Shown here piece after piece: positions 38,449 through 48,277 of a stretch of DNA of 64,000 bases. Within the stretch, counting starts at the first letter, position 1; every line of letters starts with the position of its first letter. The stretch is from an uncultured Synechococcaceae cyanobacterium. GTDB lineage: Bacteria > Cyanobacteriota > Cyanobacteriia > PCC-6307 > Cyanobiaceae. The stretch covers positions 8,057 through 72,056 of the forward strand of contig CACGFX010000003.1 of assembly GCA_902572395.1 (NCBI GenBank), written 5' to 3'. The notes beneath the pieces were generated by a model, which worked only from the letters and a program-made list of their open reading frames with translations, made no database searches and was not told where the DNA came from. The position numbers and the translations under genes were made by a program.

Positions 38449-39525
38449 ATGACGATCGCAGTTGGTAGCGCCCCACAGAGAGGATGGTTTGATGTCCTCG
38501 ATGATTGGTTGAAGCGCGACCGCTTTGTATTTATTGGTTGGTCCGGACTACTTCTACTTCCTTGTGCATATCTTGCTATAGGTGGTTGGTTTGTCGGAAC
38601 AACATTTGTTACCTCTTGGTACACACATGGAGTTGCAAGCTCATACCTTGAAGGTTGTAACTTTTTAACAGCAGCTGTAAGCACCCCTGGTGATGCCATG
38701 GGACACAGTCTTCTATTTTTATGGGGTCCTGAAGCCCAAGGTAGTTTCGTAAGATGGCTACAACTTGGTGGACTCTGGAACTTCGTTGCATTACATGGAG
38801 TATTTGGCCTAATTGGTTTTATGCTTCGTCAGTTTGAAATTGCTGGCCTTGTTGGAATTAGACCATACAACGCTTTAGCATTCTCAGCAGTAATTGCAGT
38901 ATTCACAAGTATTTTCCTTATTTATCCTTTAGGACAGCATAGTTGGTTCTTCGCGCCTTCATTCGGTGTTGCAGCAATCTTCCGTTACATTCTGTTCATT
39001 CAAGGTTTTCACAATATTACTTTAAACCCCTTCCACATGATGGGTGTTGCTGGAATTCTTGGTGGTGCTCTACTTTGCGCTATTCATGGAGCTACAGTAC
39101 AAAACACTTTATATGAAGATACAAGTATTTATACAGATGGTAAGGTTCAAAGTTCAACATTTAGAGCTTTTGACCCAACCCAAGAAGAAGAAACTTATTC
39201 AATGATCACAGCGAATAGATTCTGGAGTCAAATCTTCGGTATTGCTTTCTCCAACAAGCGTTTCTTACATTTCTTGATGCTATTTGTACCTGTTATGGGT
39301 ATGTGGACATCTTCAATTGGTATTGTCGGCTTAGCACTAAATTTAAGAGCTTATGATTTCGTAAGCCAAGAAATCCGTGCAGCAGAAGATCCAGAATTTG
39401 AAACTTTCTATACAAAAAATATACTTTTGAACGAAGGTATGCGAGCATGGATGTCTTCTGTGGATCAACCACACGAAAACTTTGTATTCCCTGAGGAGGT
39501 TCTTCCACGTGGAAACGCCCTTTAA
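38449..39525 (+). CDS. psbD: photosystem II D2 protein
   Basis: [16 protein letters not shown]...[10 protein letters not shown]. Confidence 0.99.
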   Translation: MTIAVGSAPQRGWFDVLDDWLKRDRFVFIGWSGLLLLPCAYLAIGGWFVGTTFVTSWYTHGVASSYLEGCNFLTAAVSTPGDAMGHSLLFLWGPEAQGSFVRWLQLGGLWNFVALHGVFGLIGFMLRQFEIAGLVGIRPYNALAFSAVIAVFTSIFLIYPLGQHSWFFAPSFGVAAIFRYILFIQGFHNITLNPFHMMGVAGILGGALLCAIHGATVQNTLYEDTSIYTDGKVQSSTFRAFDPTQEEETYSMITANRFWSQIFGIAFSNKRFLHFLMLFVPVMGMWTSSIGIVGLALNLRAYDFVSQEIRAAEDPEFETFYTKNILLNEGMRAWMSSVDQPHENFVFPEEVLPRGNAL

Positions 39526-40891
39526 TAATTTATTAAGAGCTCCAAACCAAAGTATTGAGGAAACTGGTTATGCCTGGTATGTAGGTAACGCTAGATTAAT
39601 CAATTTATCTGGACGTTTATTAGGAGCTCACATTGCTCACTCTGGACTAATAGTCTTTTGGGCGGGAGCAATGATGCTCTTTGAGGTTAATCATTTTACT
39701 TTTGATAAACCAATGTGGGAGCAAGGTTTAATCTGTATGCCACACGTTGCAATGTTTGGCTATGGAATTGGCCCAGGTGGTGAAGTTACTGATATCATGC
39801 CTTTCTTCCAAGCAGGCGTGGTTCACTTGATCGCTTCCGCTGTACTTGGTTTTGGTGGTATTTACCATTCATTAGCAGGTCCAGAAAAACTTGAAGAAGA
39901 TTTTCCATTTTTCTCAACCGATTGGAGAGACAAAAATCAAATGACAAATATCCTTGGATATCATTTGATTGTTCTAGGTGTAGGTGCACTAGCATGGTCA
40001 GTAAACTGGTGTTTTATTGGCGGTGCATATGACACATGGGCACCTGGAGGTGGTGAAGTCAGACTTGTAAACCCAACCTTAGATCCAAGAGTTATTCTTG
40101 GTTATCTATTCAGATCTCCATGGGGAGGAGCTGGTTCAATAATCGGCGTTAACTCCATTGAAGATATTGTAGGTGGACATGTTTACGTGGGTATTACTGC
40201 AATTATTGGAGGAATATTCCATATCTTTACCAAACCTTTTGGATGGGCTAGAAGAGCTTTTATCTGGAATGGTGAAGGACTATTAAGTTACGCTCTTGGT
40301 GGAATTTGTGTAGCAAGTTTTATTGCTTCAACATTCATCTGGTTTAACAACACTGCTTACCCTTCAGAGTTTTATGGCCCAACAAATGCTGAAGCTTCAC
40401 AGGCTCAAAGCTTTACTTTCCTTGTGAGAGACCAAAGAATTGGAGCTAACGTAGGTTCAACAATGGGACCAACAGGTCTAGGTAAGTATCTCATGAGATC
40501 TCCAACTGGTGAAATTATATTTGGTGGTGAAACAATGAGATTTTGGGATTTTAGAGGTCCATGGTTAGAGCCTTTAAGAGGTCCTAACGGATTGAGCCTT
40601 GAGAAAATCCAAAATGATATTCAGCCTTGGCAGGTAAGAAGAGCTGCTGAATATATGACTCATGCTCCTAACGCTTCTATCAACTCTGTTGGTGGAATCA
40701 TTACAGAGCCAAATGCTGTTAACTTTGTTAACTTAAGACAATGGTTAGCTGCGGCTCAATTCTTCCTAGGATGGTTTACATTTATCGGTCATCTTTGGCA
40801 TGCTGGGCGTGCTAGAGCTGCCGCTGCTGGTTTCGAGAAAGGAATCGACAGAAAGAGTGAACCAGCTCTAGAAATGCCTGATTTAGATTAA
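39509..40891 (+). CDS. psbC: photosystem II CP43
   Basis: GTG start at 39509 after SD GAGGAGG inside psbD; [19 protein letters not shown]. Confidence 0.98.
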   Translation: METPFNNLLRAPNQSIEETGYAWYVGNARLINLSGRLLGAHIAHSGLIVFWAGAMMLFEVNHFTFDKPMWEQGLICMPHVAMFGYGIGPGGEVTDIMPFFQAGVVHLIASAVLGFGGIYHSLAGPEKLEEDFPFFSTDWRDKNQMTNILGYHLIVLGVGALAWSVNWCFIGGAYDTWAPGGGEVRLVNPTLDPRVILGYLFRSPWGGAGSIIGVNSIEDIVGGHVYVGITAIIGGIFHIFTKPFGWARRAFIWNGEGLLSYALGGICVASFIASTFIWFNNTAYPSEFYGPTNAEASQAQSFTFLVRDQRIGANVGSTMGPTGLGKYLMRSPTGEIIFGGETMRFWDFRGPWLEPLRGPNGLSLEKIQNDIQPWQVRRAAEYMTHAPNASINSVGGIITEPNAVNFVNLRQWLAAAQFFLGWFTFIGHLWHAGRARAAAAGFEKGIDRKSEPALEMPDLD

Positions 40892-40906
40892 TTTCTATCT
40901 CATTTT

Positions 40907-40939
40907 AAAAAACCCTATCTTTAGATAGGGTTTTTTTTT
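40907..40939. terminator. bidirectional intrinsic terminator
   Basis: AAAAAACCCTATCT-tt-AGATAGGGTTTTTT between convergent psbC and maf. Confidence 0.85.
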
Positions 40940-40950
40940 GTTCAATTTTT

Positions 40951-41562
40951 TTATCTATATAAATTTTCTCTGAGCCATGGCAGACTTAAACCCATTACAT
41001 TACTGAAACAACCCTCTATTTTTTCTATGTATTTACCACCTATACCTTCCAAGGCAAATCCTCCGGCGCAATATAAAGGTTCATTTGTATCTACATAACT
41101 CTTAATTTCCCAATCTTCCAAATTAGAAAAATAAACTCTTGAACTTACTGTTTTTTTTCTTATTTCAGTGATTTGAAAATTTTTGGAATTTGAATCAAAA
41201 CTCCCAATTATTAGAGTATGACCTGTATGTAAAAATCCAAATTCTCCAGACATTTTTTTCCATCTAATAAATGCCTCCTCTTTATTAGATGGTTTTCCAT
41301 AAGCTTCTCCTTTAAATTCAAAAATTGAATCGCAACCAAGTATTTCCAAAGGACCATAATTAAATTCTTCGGGCAATGATATGTTTTGAATATTTTCAGA
41401 CAAACTATTAGCCTTTTGAAAAGATAATTCCAAAGCTAAATTAAATATATTTTTTTCTTGAATAGTAGTTTCATCAAAGTTACTTGATATTTGGATAAAT
41501 TCGATTTGACAATGTTCTAGTAATTTCTTTCTAGATTGAGAAGCAGAGGCTAGAATTAACAA
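40951..41562 (-). CDS. maf: Maf nucleotide pyrophosphatase
   Basis: [27 protein letters not shown]. Confidence 0.93.
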   Translation of the reverse strand: MLILASASQSRKKLLEHCQIEFIQISSNFDETTIQEKNIFNLALELSFQKANSLSENIQNISLPEEFNYGPLEILGCDSIFEFKGEAYGKPSNKEEAFIRWKKMSGEFGFLHTGHTLIIGSFDSNSKNFQITEIRKKTVSSRVYFSNLEDWEIKSYVDTNEPLYCAGGFALEGIGGKYIEKIEGCFSNVMGLSLPWLRENLYR

Positions 41563-41628
41563 AAGTTTTTTACCAAATTATAATTCAATTTAATAATTAA
41601 TAAATTTTAGAATTAATATAAATTACTA

Positions 41629-43158
41629 ATGGAGTTAGAAGCAAAATTACTTGTAAGAAAGAAACCAATAATGGTCCTAGGCACTTCCAGTGGCGCAGGA
41701 AAATCATTAACGGTTACTGCTATTTGTAGGATTCTTAAAAATTTAGGAGAAGAACCAATACCTTTTAAAGGACAAAATATGAGTAACAACGCTTGGGTTG
41801 ATTGGGAAGGTGGAGAGATGGCATATTCACAAGCACTTCAAGCTTTTGCTTGTGGTATTAATCCCTTGGCAGAGATGAATCCCATTTTATTAAAACCACA
41901 AGGAAACTCAATAAGCGAAGTTATTCATCTAGGTAAAAGCATAGGGACCACAACCGCACAAAATTACTATAAAGATTGGTTTATTCCAGGCTGGGAAGTA
42001 ATTAAAAAAAGTTTAAAGTCTATTTACGAAAGGAATCCAAATTGCCGTTTGATTATCGAAGGGGCTGGAAGTCCAGTAGAGATGAATTTAATTCATAGAG
42101 ATCTGACTAATTTAAGAGTTGCTAAATATTTAAATGCAAATTGCATATTAGTTACTGATATTGAAAGGGGAGGAGTATTTGCACAAATAATTGGTACTCT
42201 GGAATTAATGAAGCCAGAAGAAAAGAAGCTTATTAAGGGAATTATTATAAATAGATTCAGAGGTGACCTTTCATTATTTGAAGATGGGAAGAAATGGATA
42301 GAGAATAAGACTCAAATCCCTGTTATTGGAATTATTCCATGGTTAAATGATTCATTTCCTCCAGAGGATTCTTTAGATTTAATAGAAAAAAAATCACTTT
42401 CTAAAAATCCTGAAATCAAAGTTGGAATTATAAAATTACCATCTATTAGTAACTTCTCGGATTTTGATCCACTAGAAAATGAAGAAACAATATTTATTGA
42501 ATGGATTAGAAAATCACATAACCTTAGTAAGTATGACTTCATTATTCTACCGGGCAGTAAACAAACGATTAAAGATCAAATATTTCTTGAAAGTTCTGGC
42601 TTATCTAAGGATATAAGGGAATATGCAAATAACAAAGGCAATATTATTGGAATATGTGGAGGTTTACAAATGTTAGGGACTTCTCTTGAAGATCCGTATT
42701 TTAAAGAGGGTTCCAAAATTTATTCTGAACAAAAAATTAAAGGGATTGGATTACTACCATTAAAAACAACTTTCTTTAAAAAAAAATTAACACGTCAAAT
42801 CAACTCTAAATCATTGTGGCCGTGCCAATCAGAAATTAATGGATTTGAAATTCATAATGGTCAAACTGTATTAGAAGACATCCAAAGTTCATTAAAGATT
42901 AATCATATTTTTGAAGACTCAGATCTTGGTTGGTACAAAGAAAACAATAATGGAGGAACTATTGCAGGAACATACATTCATGGGATCTTTGAAAATGACA
43001 GTTGGAGAGTGCAATATATTAATTTAATAAGGAAGAGTAAAAATCTACCAAAATTAAATAAAAAATCAATATCCTTTAAAGAGAAGAGACAATCCATTAT
43101 TGATAATCTTGCGAATGAATTCCACAAACATTTAAATCTCAAATCATTTTTAAGTTGA
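41629..43158 (+). CDS. cobQ: cobyric acid synthase
   Basis: GTSSGAGKS, PFKGQNMSNN, EGAGSP.E.N, ISNFSDFDPL, GICGGLQMLG, GTYIHG. Confidence 0.96.
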   Translation: MELEAKLLVRKKPIMVLGTSSGAGKSLTVTAICRILKNLGEEPIPFKGQNMSNNAWVDWEGGEMAYSQALQAFACGINPLAEMNPILLKPQGNSISEVIHLGKSIGTTTAQNYYKDWFIPGWEVIKKSLKSIYERNPNCRLIIEGAGSPVEMNLIHRDLTNLRVAKYLNANCILVTDIERGGVFAQIIGTLELMKPEEKKLIKGIIINRFRGDLSLFEDGKKWIENKTQIPVIGIIPWLNDSFPPEDSLDLIEKKSLSKNPEIKVGIIKLPSISNFSDFDPLENEETIFIEWIRKSHNLSKYDFIILPGSKQTIKDQIFLESSGLSKDIREYANNKGNIIGICGGLQMLGTSLEDPYFKEGSKIYSEQKIKGIGLLPLKTTFFKKKLTRQINSKSLWPCQSEINGFEIHNGQTVLEDIQSSLKINHIFEDSDLGWYKENNNGGTIAGTYIHGIFENDSWRVQYINLIRKSKNLPKLNKKSISFKEKRQSIIDNLANEFHKHLNLKSFLS

Positions 43159-43409
43159 AAGAAACAAAAAATATAAAAGTAATATGGCCAAACAATAAAG
43201 AAACATTTGTTTCAGATGGTGATGACTGGTTTTCTTCTGCTGAAAAAGCAGGTTTAGAAATCCCTACTGGTTGCCTCACAGGAAGTTGTGGAGCCTGTGA
43301 AATTGATGTAAATGGTGAAACAGTAAGGGCTTGTATAAGTGAAATTAAAAATAATAAAGAATGTAAGCTACAGGTTTCTTTAACTACAGACCCCTTTTGG
43401 GAAAAATAA
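43155..43409 (+). CDS. 2Fe-2S ferredoxin-like protein
   Basis: C-x4-C-x2-C (GCLTGSCGAC) plus RAC. Confidence 0.88.
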   Translation: MKETKNIKVIWPNNKETFVSDGDDWFSSAEKAGLEIPTGCLTGSCGACEIDVNGETVRACISEIKNNKECKLQVSLTTDPFWEK

Positions 43410-43422
43410 ATTTCACTAAACT

Positions 43423-43965
43423 TTACCTAATTATTAGATAAAGGAAAACATAGTAAAAAAATGATCCAAAAAATGTGTTAATTAGAATAACTTTCTTTTT
43501 GATTTTTGACGAGGCAATAATATAGCTACCCAAAACATGAGGTAGGATTGGGAAAGATCTTATGATTAAAATATAAAAAGATTTGAAAGTAATTTTGTCA
43601 AAAAATTTATAAAGATTATTTTTTTCTGGTTTTTTTAAAAATAATATATTTCTAGAAAATTTAAATTTAATTTTCCTCAGAATAAGAACTTGAATTACAC
43701 TTAAAATGGCTAAAGCAGGAGAAAATAATAAAACATAATTCAACCCAAAAATCTTTATTAAGATAAAATCAAAAATAATTGATAAAGGGAGGCCTAAAAA
43801 TATAGAAAATATATTTAAAGCAATCAGATATTTGTATTGAATATTATTAAATAGGAACTCAAGATCATAGGTGTACTTGAATATTAGAGCAAGAAAATAA
43901 ACCCCTAAATAGGTAAAAAATATTTTAAAAATTACTGATTTAAAATTTAGATCTTTTTTATTCAT
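43423..43965 (-). CDS. membrane protein, possibly DedA/VTT-like
   Basis: Multiple TM; R.FP.LP motif. Confidence 0.6.
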   Translation of the reverse strand: MNKKDLNFKSVIFKIFFTYLGVYFLALIFKYTYDLEFLFNNIQYKYLIALNIFSIFLGLPLSIIFDFILIKIFGLNYVLLFSPALAILSVIQVLILRKIKFKFSRNILFLKKPEKNNLYKFFDKITFKSFYILIIRSFPILPHVLGSYIIASSKIKKKVILINTFFGSFFYYVFLYLIIR

Positions 43966-44149
43966 AAGAGATAAACATTAATGATGATTATCAAAAAAGT
44001 AGAGGGCAAATAACATCTTTTCCAACAGGGGGAATTATAGAACCAAACAGGAAATACTTAGAAATTAACTCATTTTATCCACGATCAAATTTCTCATGGA
44101 GAACCCTTGGAACGATACAGGAAAGTAAATAGAAGCAAGGAATATGCAT

Positions 44150-44242
44150 AAAAAAAGACCCTGGATAATGGGTCTTTTATGGATTTACCAAAACAAGTGT
44201 TTCCTTGTTTCCACTGCTCAAGTAAAACCACTCCTTCACACA
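44150..44242 (-). ncRNA. yfr2: Yfr2-family small RNA
   Basis: Minus strand reads GTGTGAAGGAGTGGTTTTACTTGAGCAGTGGAAACAAGGAAACACTTG..., with the GGAAACA x2 loop, then terminator AGACCCATTATCCAGGGTCTTTTTTT. Confidence 0.85.
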
Positions 44243-44458
44243 ATCATAAAATATTCCATTAAATTGTTTTTCGTGGAAGTGCTAGATGGAATGTTACTTA
44301 ACTGTCACATGTACCAGTTTTCCATCTCTGGACATAATGCAATTAAAAAATCCTAATTCAGAGAAAAGGGTGTTTACTTATCAAAGATTAAGCTGTGAAG
44401 AGTTTCTAATTTGTAAAACTTACTTGGAAAAGGTATAAATTATCAAAAGTATTGTTTG

Positions 44459-44652
44459 CTATTTCTTTTCCCAAAATAGATAAAAATTTGAAAACTGGTT
44501 TTTAGTATCTACTAACGCGGTACTTGTTGAGATCAACTTCCATCCTGCAGAATTACGTTTTTTCATAATTGCTGAAAGTTCGTTTTCTTGTCTTTGAGTA
44601 TTTGCATTCCAACTGCGTAATATATATGAAGATCATTTTCTACTTTTGCCAT
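44459..44652 (-). pseudogene. frameshifted small protein (DUF4177-like)
   Basis: 194 nt from ATG to TAG; restoring one A near 44607 gives MAKVENDLHIYYAVGNANTQRQENELSAIMKKRNSAGWKLISTSTALVDTKNQFSNFYLFWEKK. Confidence 0.6.
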
Positions 44653-44915
44653 TTTTAAACATGCTTCTTTATTCAAAGTTAATATTATTTAATCTTTCAT
44701 CGTTACTGAGAAAGATTCGATATGGTTTTTGAAAATTAGACTTATATGGTATTACCTTCACCTTAAATTGCGATTTGATTACTACTTATAAGTATTGGAA
44801 TAGTAGTTACTTTTGATATCAAAATTAATCTATTTAAAAGTAAAGAGTAAAAGAATAAAGTTGAATATCTGGGAAAATATCTGTATAAATTTGATCAAAT
44901 AATAATTAATCTTAA

Positions 44916-45521
44916 TTAGATCAAGAATAAAAAACACCCTGCAATGAATCCACTTAAATGACCTAACAAACTTACCCCTGGTAAAAAAGAGAAAATCAAA
45001 CCTATAAGGCATATTGTCTTTGACATTTTTTGCACTTGGGAATTGGATTCTAAACTAATTTTTTTGCCTAAAAAGTGACTCTTTCCATAAAAAGACGTTA
45101 ACAGTAAGAATCCAAATAAAGCATAAATTATTCCACTAAATCCTAAAGCGGAATAGTTGGGGTAGAAATTAAGAAAGTACGATAAAATCTTTTCGTAAAC
45201 CCAGATAATAAAAAAAGTCAAAAAAGAACAAATTAAAATAAATTTCAGATAAAAATATCTACTTTCTATTCCAAGTTTCATCAAAAAATATCTAGTAATA
45301 ATTATTCCACCAATATTTGATAATAAATGATTTAAATCTGCATGAACTAGGATTGATGTGAAAATTCTATAAGGTTGATCACTAATTAATCTTGGTACAA
45401 AGTAAAAATATTCTTTATCAATTACTCCAATTAAATCTGTAAGTATAAAAACTGAAATTAAAAGAGATGCGCTTAGGATGTATTGCCAATCATATTTAGA
45501 TATTGAATTATTAATAGTCAT
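44916..45521 (-). CDS. rhomboid family intramembrane serine protease
   Basis: YR.FTS..VH....H..SN, GFSG catalytic Ser, GHLSG catalytic His. Confidence 0.85.
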   Translation of the reverse strand: MTINNSISKYDWQYILSASLLISVFILTDLIGVIDKEYFYFVPRLISDQPYRIFTSILVHADLNHLLSNIGGIIITRYFLMKLGIESRYFYLKFILICSFLTFFIIWVYEKILSYFLNFYPNYSALGFSGIIYALFGFLLLTSFYGKSHFLGKKISLESNSQVQKMSKTICLIGLIFSFLPGVSLLGHLSGFIAGCFLFLI

Positions 45522-45566
45522 ATATTCTTTAGTTTTATAATAAAAGAATATCTACTTACTTAAAAG

Positions 45567-45590
45567 AAAAGACCCTCATAAGGGCCTTTT
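45567..45590 (-). terminator. intrinsic terminator
   Basis: Minus strand AAAAGGCCCT-tatg-AGGGTCTTTT after the 45615..45773 ORF. Confidence 0.65.
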
Positions 45591-45614
45591 TAACGTCTTG
45601 AATTGATATTAGCT

Positions 45615-45773
45615 TTAGTAAACTTTGCAATGAGAACTTGTTGGGTGGTCTTTGCATTCTTTTTCCCAATAATCTTGTCTTTGATCTTTTGGTAGTTGAT
45701 AATTAAAAGCATGCATTCTCCAAATATCTGAAGTTGCATTTCTAAGGGCAGTGAATGGAGTGGTGAGTCTCAT
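45615..45773 (-). CDS. 52-aa microprotein with CP12-like C-terminus
   Basis: SD AGGAGG, own terminator; MRLTTPFTALRNATSDIWRMHAFNYQLPKDQRQDYWEKECKDHPTSSHCKVY. Confidence 0.75.
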   Translation of the reverse strand: MRLTTPFTALRNATSDIWRMHAFNYQLPKDQRQDYWEKECKDHPTSSHCKVY

Positions 45774-45885
45774 AAAACCTCCTATATCTCTACTCCTTAA
45801 TTATCCTCTTATTCAAATGAAATTGATAGAGTATTAATACCCGAGTATTAATGCTTTGTGGTTGTCGCGACTATCTTTTCCCATT

Positions 45886-45990
45886 AAGTAGGAGTAGAAA
45901 TAATTCAGGAATCAAAAGCACTTCATCGACTTTGTGGACAGCGAGGTGCATAAGACTCTAAGAGGGCAAATAAATGCCCTCTTATTTATT
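45886..45990 (+). ncRNA. candidate sRNA (~100 nt)
   Basis: GCACTTC/GAGGTGC stem-loop, then terminator AAGAGGGCA-aataaa-TGCCCTCTT with T-rich tail; no ORF. Confidence 0.45.
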
Positions 45991-46013
45991 TTTAGGACTC
46001 CAGAAAAAATAAA

Positions 46014-46028
46014 TTTACGGAGAGGGTG
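46014..46028. repeat. att-like duplication of the tRNA-Ser 3' end
   Basis: TTTACGGAGAGGGTG identical to 46261-46275. Confidence 0.8.
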
Positions 46029-46065
46029 TCATCTTAATTGACCCCAAGTCGACACGGTATTTCTT

Positions 46066-46128
46066 TCCACCACATGGGGAATTTTCCACCACATTCATTT
46101 AAAAATAAACTACATTTATCCACCACAT
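46066..46128 (+). repeat. three direct repeats TCCACCACAT (integrase arm-type sites?)
   Basis: Copies at 46066, 46085 and 46119; partial ACCACA at 46231. Confidence 0.7.
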
Positions 46129-46264
46129 TTTGATGGCAGTTATAACGTTAATTTCAAAATGACAATATCAACCTTTAAATCTATATTTAATCAACTATCC
46201 TGTATTTGCAGGCATTTTGGAGGATTAATTACCACACAAAAAGGTATAAGGATCTAAGATTTTA

Positions 46265-46349
46265 CGGAGAGGGTGGGATTCGAACCCACGAATAGTTGCC
46301 TATTAAACGATTTCGAGTCGTTCGCTTTCGACCACTCAGCCACCTCTCC
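46265..46349 (-). tRNA. tRNA-Ser(CGA)
   Basis: GGAGAGG acceptor stem, anticodon arm AACGA-CTCGAAA-TCGTT, long variable arm, GGTTCGAATCC T-arm, G discriminator. Confidence 0.97.
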
Positions 46350-46412
46350 GCCTGTTTATTAAGTATGCACATAATAATGTGAAAATTATGTACTATATAA
46401 TTATCTTAATTT

Positions 46413-47435
46413 TTAATTCCAACCTGCATCTTTCATCAATTTTATAGCCAGAGAATTATTTTCTCCAAGTTCTTCTACGGTTACACTATCAGGCGTAAAC
46501 TCTCCAAAGTTCTTTACTATTTCATTCTGATTAACTTCCTTTAAAGGATGTTCAAAAGTTGGCGCAGCTAAACCTTTACTTCCTTCGGGAGATGCTAAGA
46601 ATTCAAGCAACTGAATAGCTTCATTTTTATTTGTTGCATATTTTGCAACACCACCGGCACTAATATTTACGTGTGCAGGATTAGGAGTAAGCACCTTTGT
46701 TTTTTTTGCATACAAAGCATCTCTCCTTCCATTAACACCTGCTAACATTCTTGCGACGTAATAATGATTAACAATTCCTATCCCGCATTTTTTCTTAGAA
46801 ACTGCTCTAATTATTGAAATATCACCTGGGAAAAATGGTTGGGAAACATTTGAAATCATCCCGCTTAACCAAGCTTTAGTTTCTGATTGACCTTTGTTAA
46901 TTATTTGATTGGCAACCAAAGATTGATTATATGGACTTTTTCTATTTCTTAAACATACTTTCCCTTTTAAAGAAGGATCAGCCAAATCAGTGTAATCATT
47001 AATCTTGCTAACATCTACTACTTTTGGATTGGCTATCATAACTCTTACTCTTCTTGTTAATGCATACCATTCCTTATTTGGATCTTTTAATCCAATAGGA
47101 ACATCATTTTCTAAATTAGAAGAATTTATTGGTTGCAGTAAGCCAGCTTTGGCTGCGTTAGTAATTCTTGCAGCATCTACTAACAATATTAAATCTGCTT
47201 GAGAATTCTCCCCTTCGCGTTTCAATCTTTCGATTAAAGAAATTCCTGCCGCCTCTATAAGCCTTACTTTAATCCCTGTTTCTTCTGCAAATTTTTTATA
47301 GACGCTCCTATCAGTGTTGTAATGTCTACCTGAATAAACTTTGACTTCTTTTTCTGTTGAATTAGCAGGTATATTTAGATTCAGTAAAAATGTACATGTT
47401 AGTGCTGTATAAAATAGTTTTTTAAGATTTTGCAC
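46413..47435 (-). CDS. futA: Fe(III) ABC transporter substrate-binding protein FutA/IdiA
   Basis: VYSGRHY, YNQSLV, VNHYY iron-ligand Tyr motifs. Confidence 0.93.
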   Translation of the reverse strand: MQNLKKLFYTALTCTFLLNLNIPANSTEKEVKVYSGRHYNTDRSVYKKFAEETGIKVRLIEAAGISLIERLKREGENSQADLILLVDAARITNAAKAGLLQPINSSNLENDVPIGLKDPNKEWYALTRRVRVMIANPKVVDVSKINDYTDLADPSLKGKVCLRNRKSPYNQSLVANQIINKGQSETKAWLSGMISNVSQPFFPGDISIIRAVSKKKCGIGIVNHYYVARMLAGVNGRRDALYAKKTKVLTPNPAHVNISAGGVAKYATNKNEAIQLLEFLASPEGSKGLAAPTFEHPLKEVNQNEIVKNFGEFTPDSVTVEELGENNSLAIKLMKDAGWN

Positions 47436-47503
47436 TTTTTAAAATTAGTATCTATGGTTACTTTATACCCATCAAAAGAGTTCAATCTCTAAAAGCCATC
47501 TTC

Positions 47504-47521
47504 GATACATTAAAATGTATC
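47504..47521. promoter_or_regulatory. perfect palindrome in the futA/piuC divergent intergenic region
   Basis: GATACAT-taaa-ATGTATC. Confidence 0.4.
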
Positions 47522-47537
47522 ATTTTTTATATACCAT

Positions 47538-48203
47538 ATGAATTATTTAACTCATCAGTTATTAAATGCTGAAGAAATATGTTTTATAGAAAAAGCATTA
47601 GAACAAGAAATTCAAGGTTGGGAAGATGGAAAAAAAACTGCTGGCAGTCACGCCTCAATCGTTAAAAATAATTTTCAACTAAAAAGATCATCAGATATTT
47701 CGAAAAAATTATCCTTGTTAATTAAACAAAAAATTTTAAATAATGATTTAATAAAAAGCTTTACTTTACCAAAAATTATTCATGGAATCATGTTTACTAA
47801 ATCCTCGAAAGGAATGAAGTATGGACGACATCTCGATAATGCATATATGTCATCAGGAAGGGCTGACTTATCTTTCACAATTTTTCTTACCAAAAAAAAT
47901 CTGTACAAAGGGGGTGAACTATTAATTGAAAATCTTACTTCAGAAAACAAATTTAAACTTAATAGTGGAGAAATTTTAATTTACCCAAGCACATTTTTAC
48001 ATTCAGTTCAAGAAGTTCTCACCGGAGAAAGAATAGTATGTGTTGGATGGATTGAGAGTTATATAAAAAGTATTGAAGAAAGAGAATATTTATTTGATTT
48101 AGACGCAGGTGCGAGAAGTCTATTATCAAAGTATGGTAGATCTGACGATCTCGATCTAATTTTTAAATCCTACTCTAATCTCTTAAGAGTTATGGGTGAT
48201 TAA
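47538..48203 (+). CDS. piuC: Fe(II)/2-oxoglutarate dioxygenase, PKHD-type (PiuC/YbiX)
   Basis: W.DGKKTAG, YGRHLDNA (HxD), RADLSFTIFL, YPSTFLH.V..V..GER, YSNLLR. Confidence 0.9.
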   Translation: MNYLTHQLLNAEEICFIEKALEQEIQGWEDGKKTAGSHASIVKNNFQLKRSSDISKKLSLLIKQKILNNDLIKSFTLPKIIHGIMFTKSSKGMKYGRHLDNAYMSSGRADLSFTIFLTKKNLYKGGELLIENLTSENKFKLNSGEILIYPSTFLHSVQEVLTGERIVCVGWIESYIKSIEEREYLFDLDAGARSLLSKYGRSDDLDLIFKSYSNLLRVMGD

Positions 48204-48277
48204 ATAAGCATCATTTTATACAACAAAAAGAATACGGTTCTAAAAATGATTAATATGTAAAAGAGTTTAGTTATCAA

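Noticed and set aside
39482-39508. psbC N-terminal extension from TTG
   Set aside because: The conserved GTG start at 39509 has a clear SD.
44144-44356. 70-aa plus-strand ORF
   Set aside because: Runs antisense across Yfr2 and its terminator; no protein-like features.
46066-46128. CRISPR-like interpretation of the TCCACCACAT repeats
   Set aside because: Repeats are only 10 bp with irregular 9- and 24-nt gaps; no cas genes in the window.
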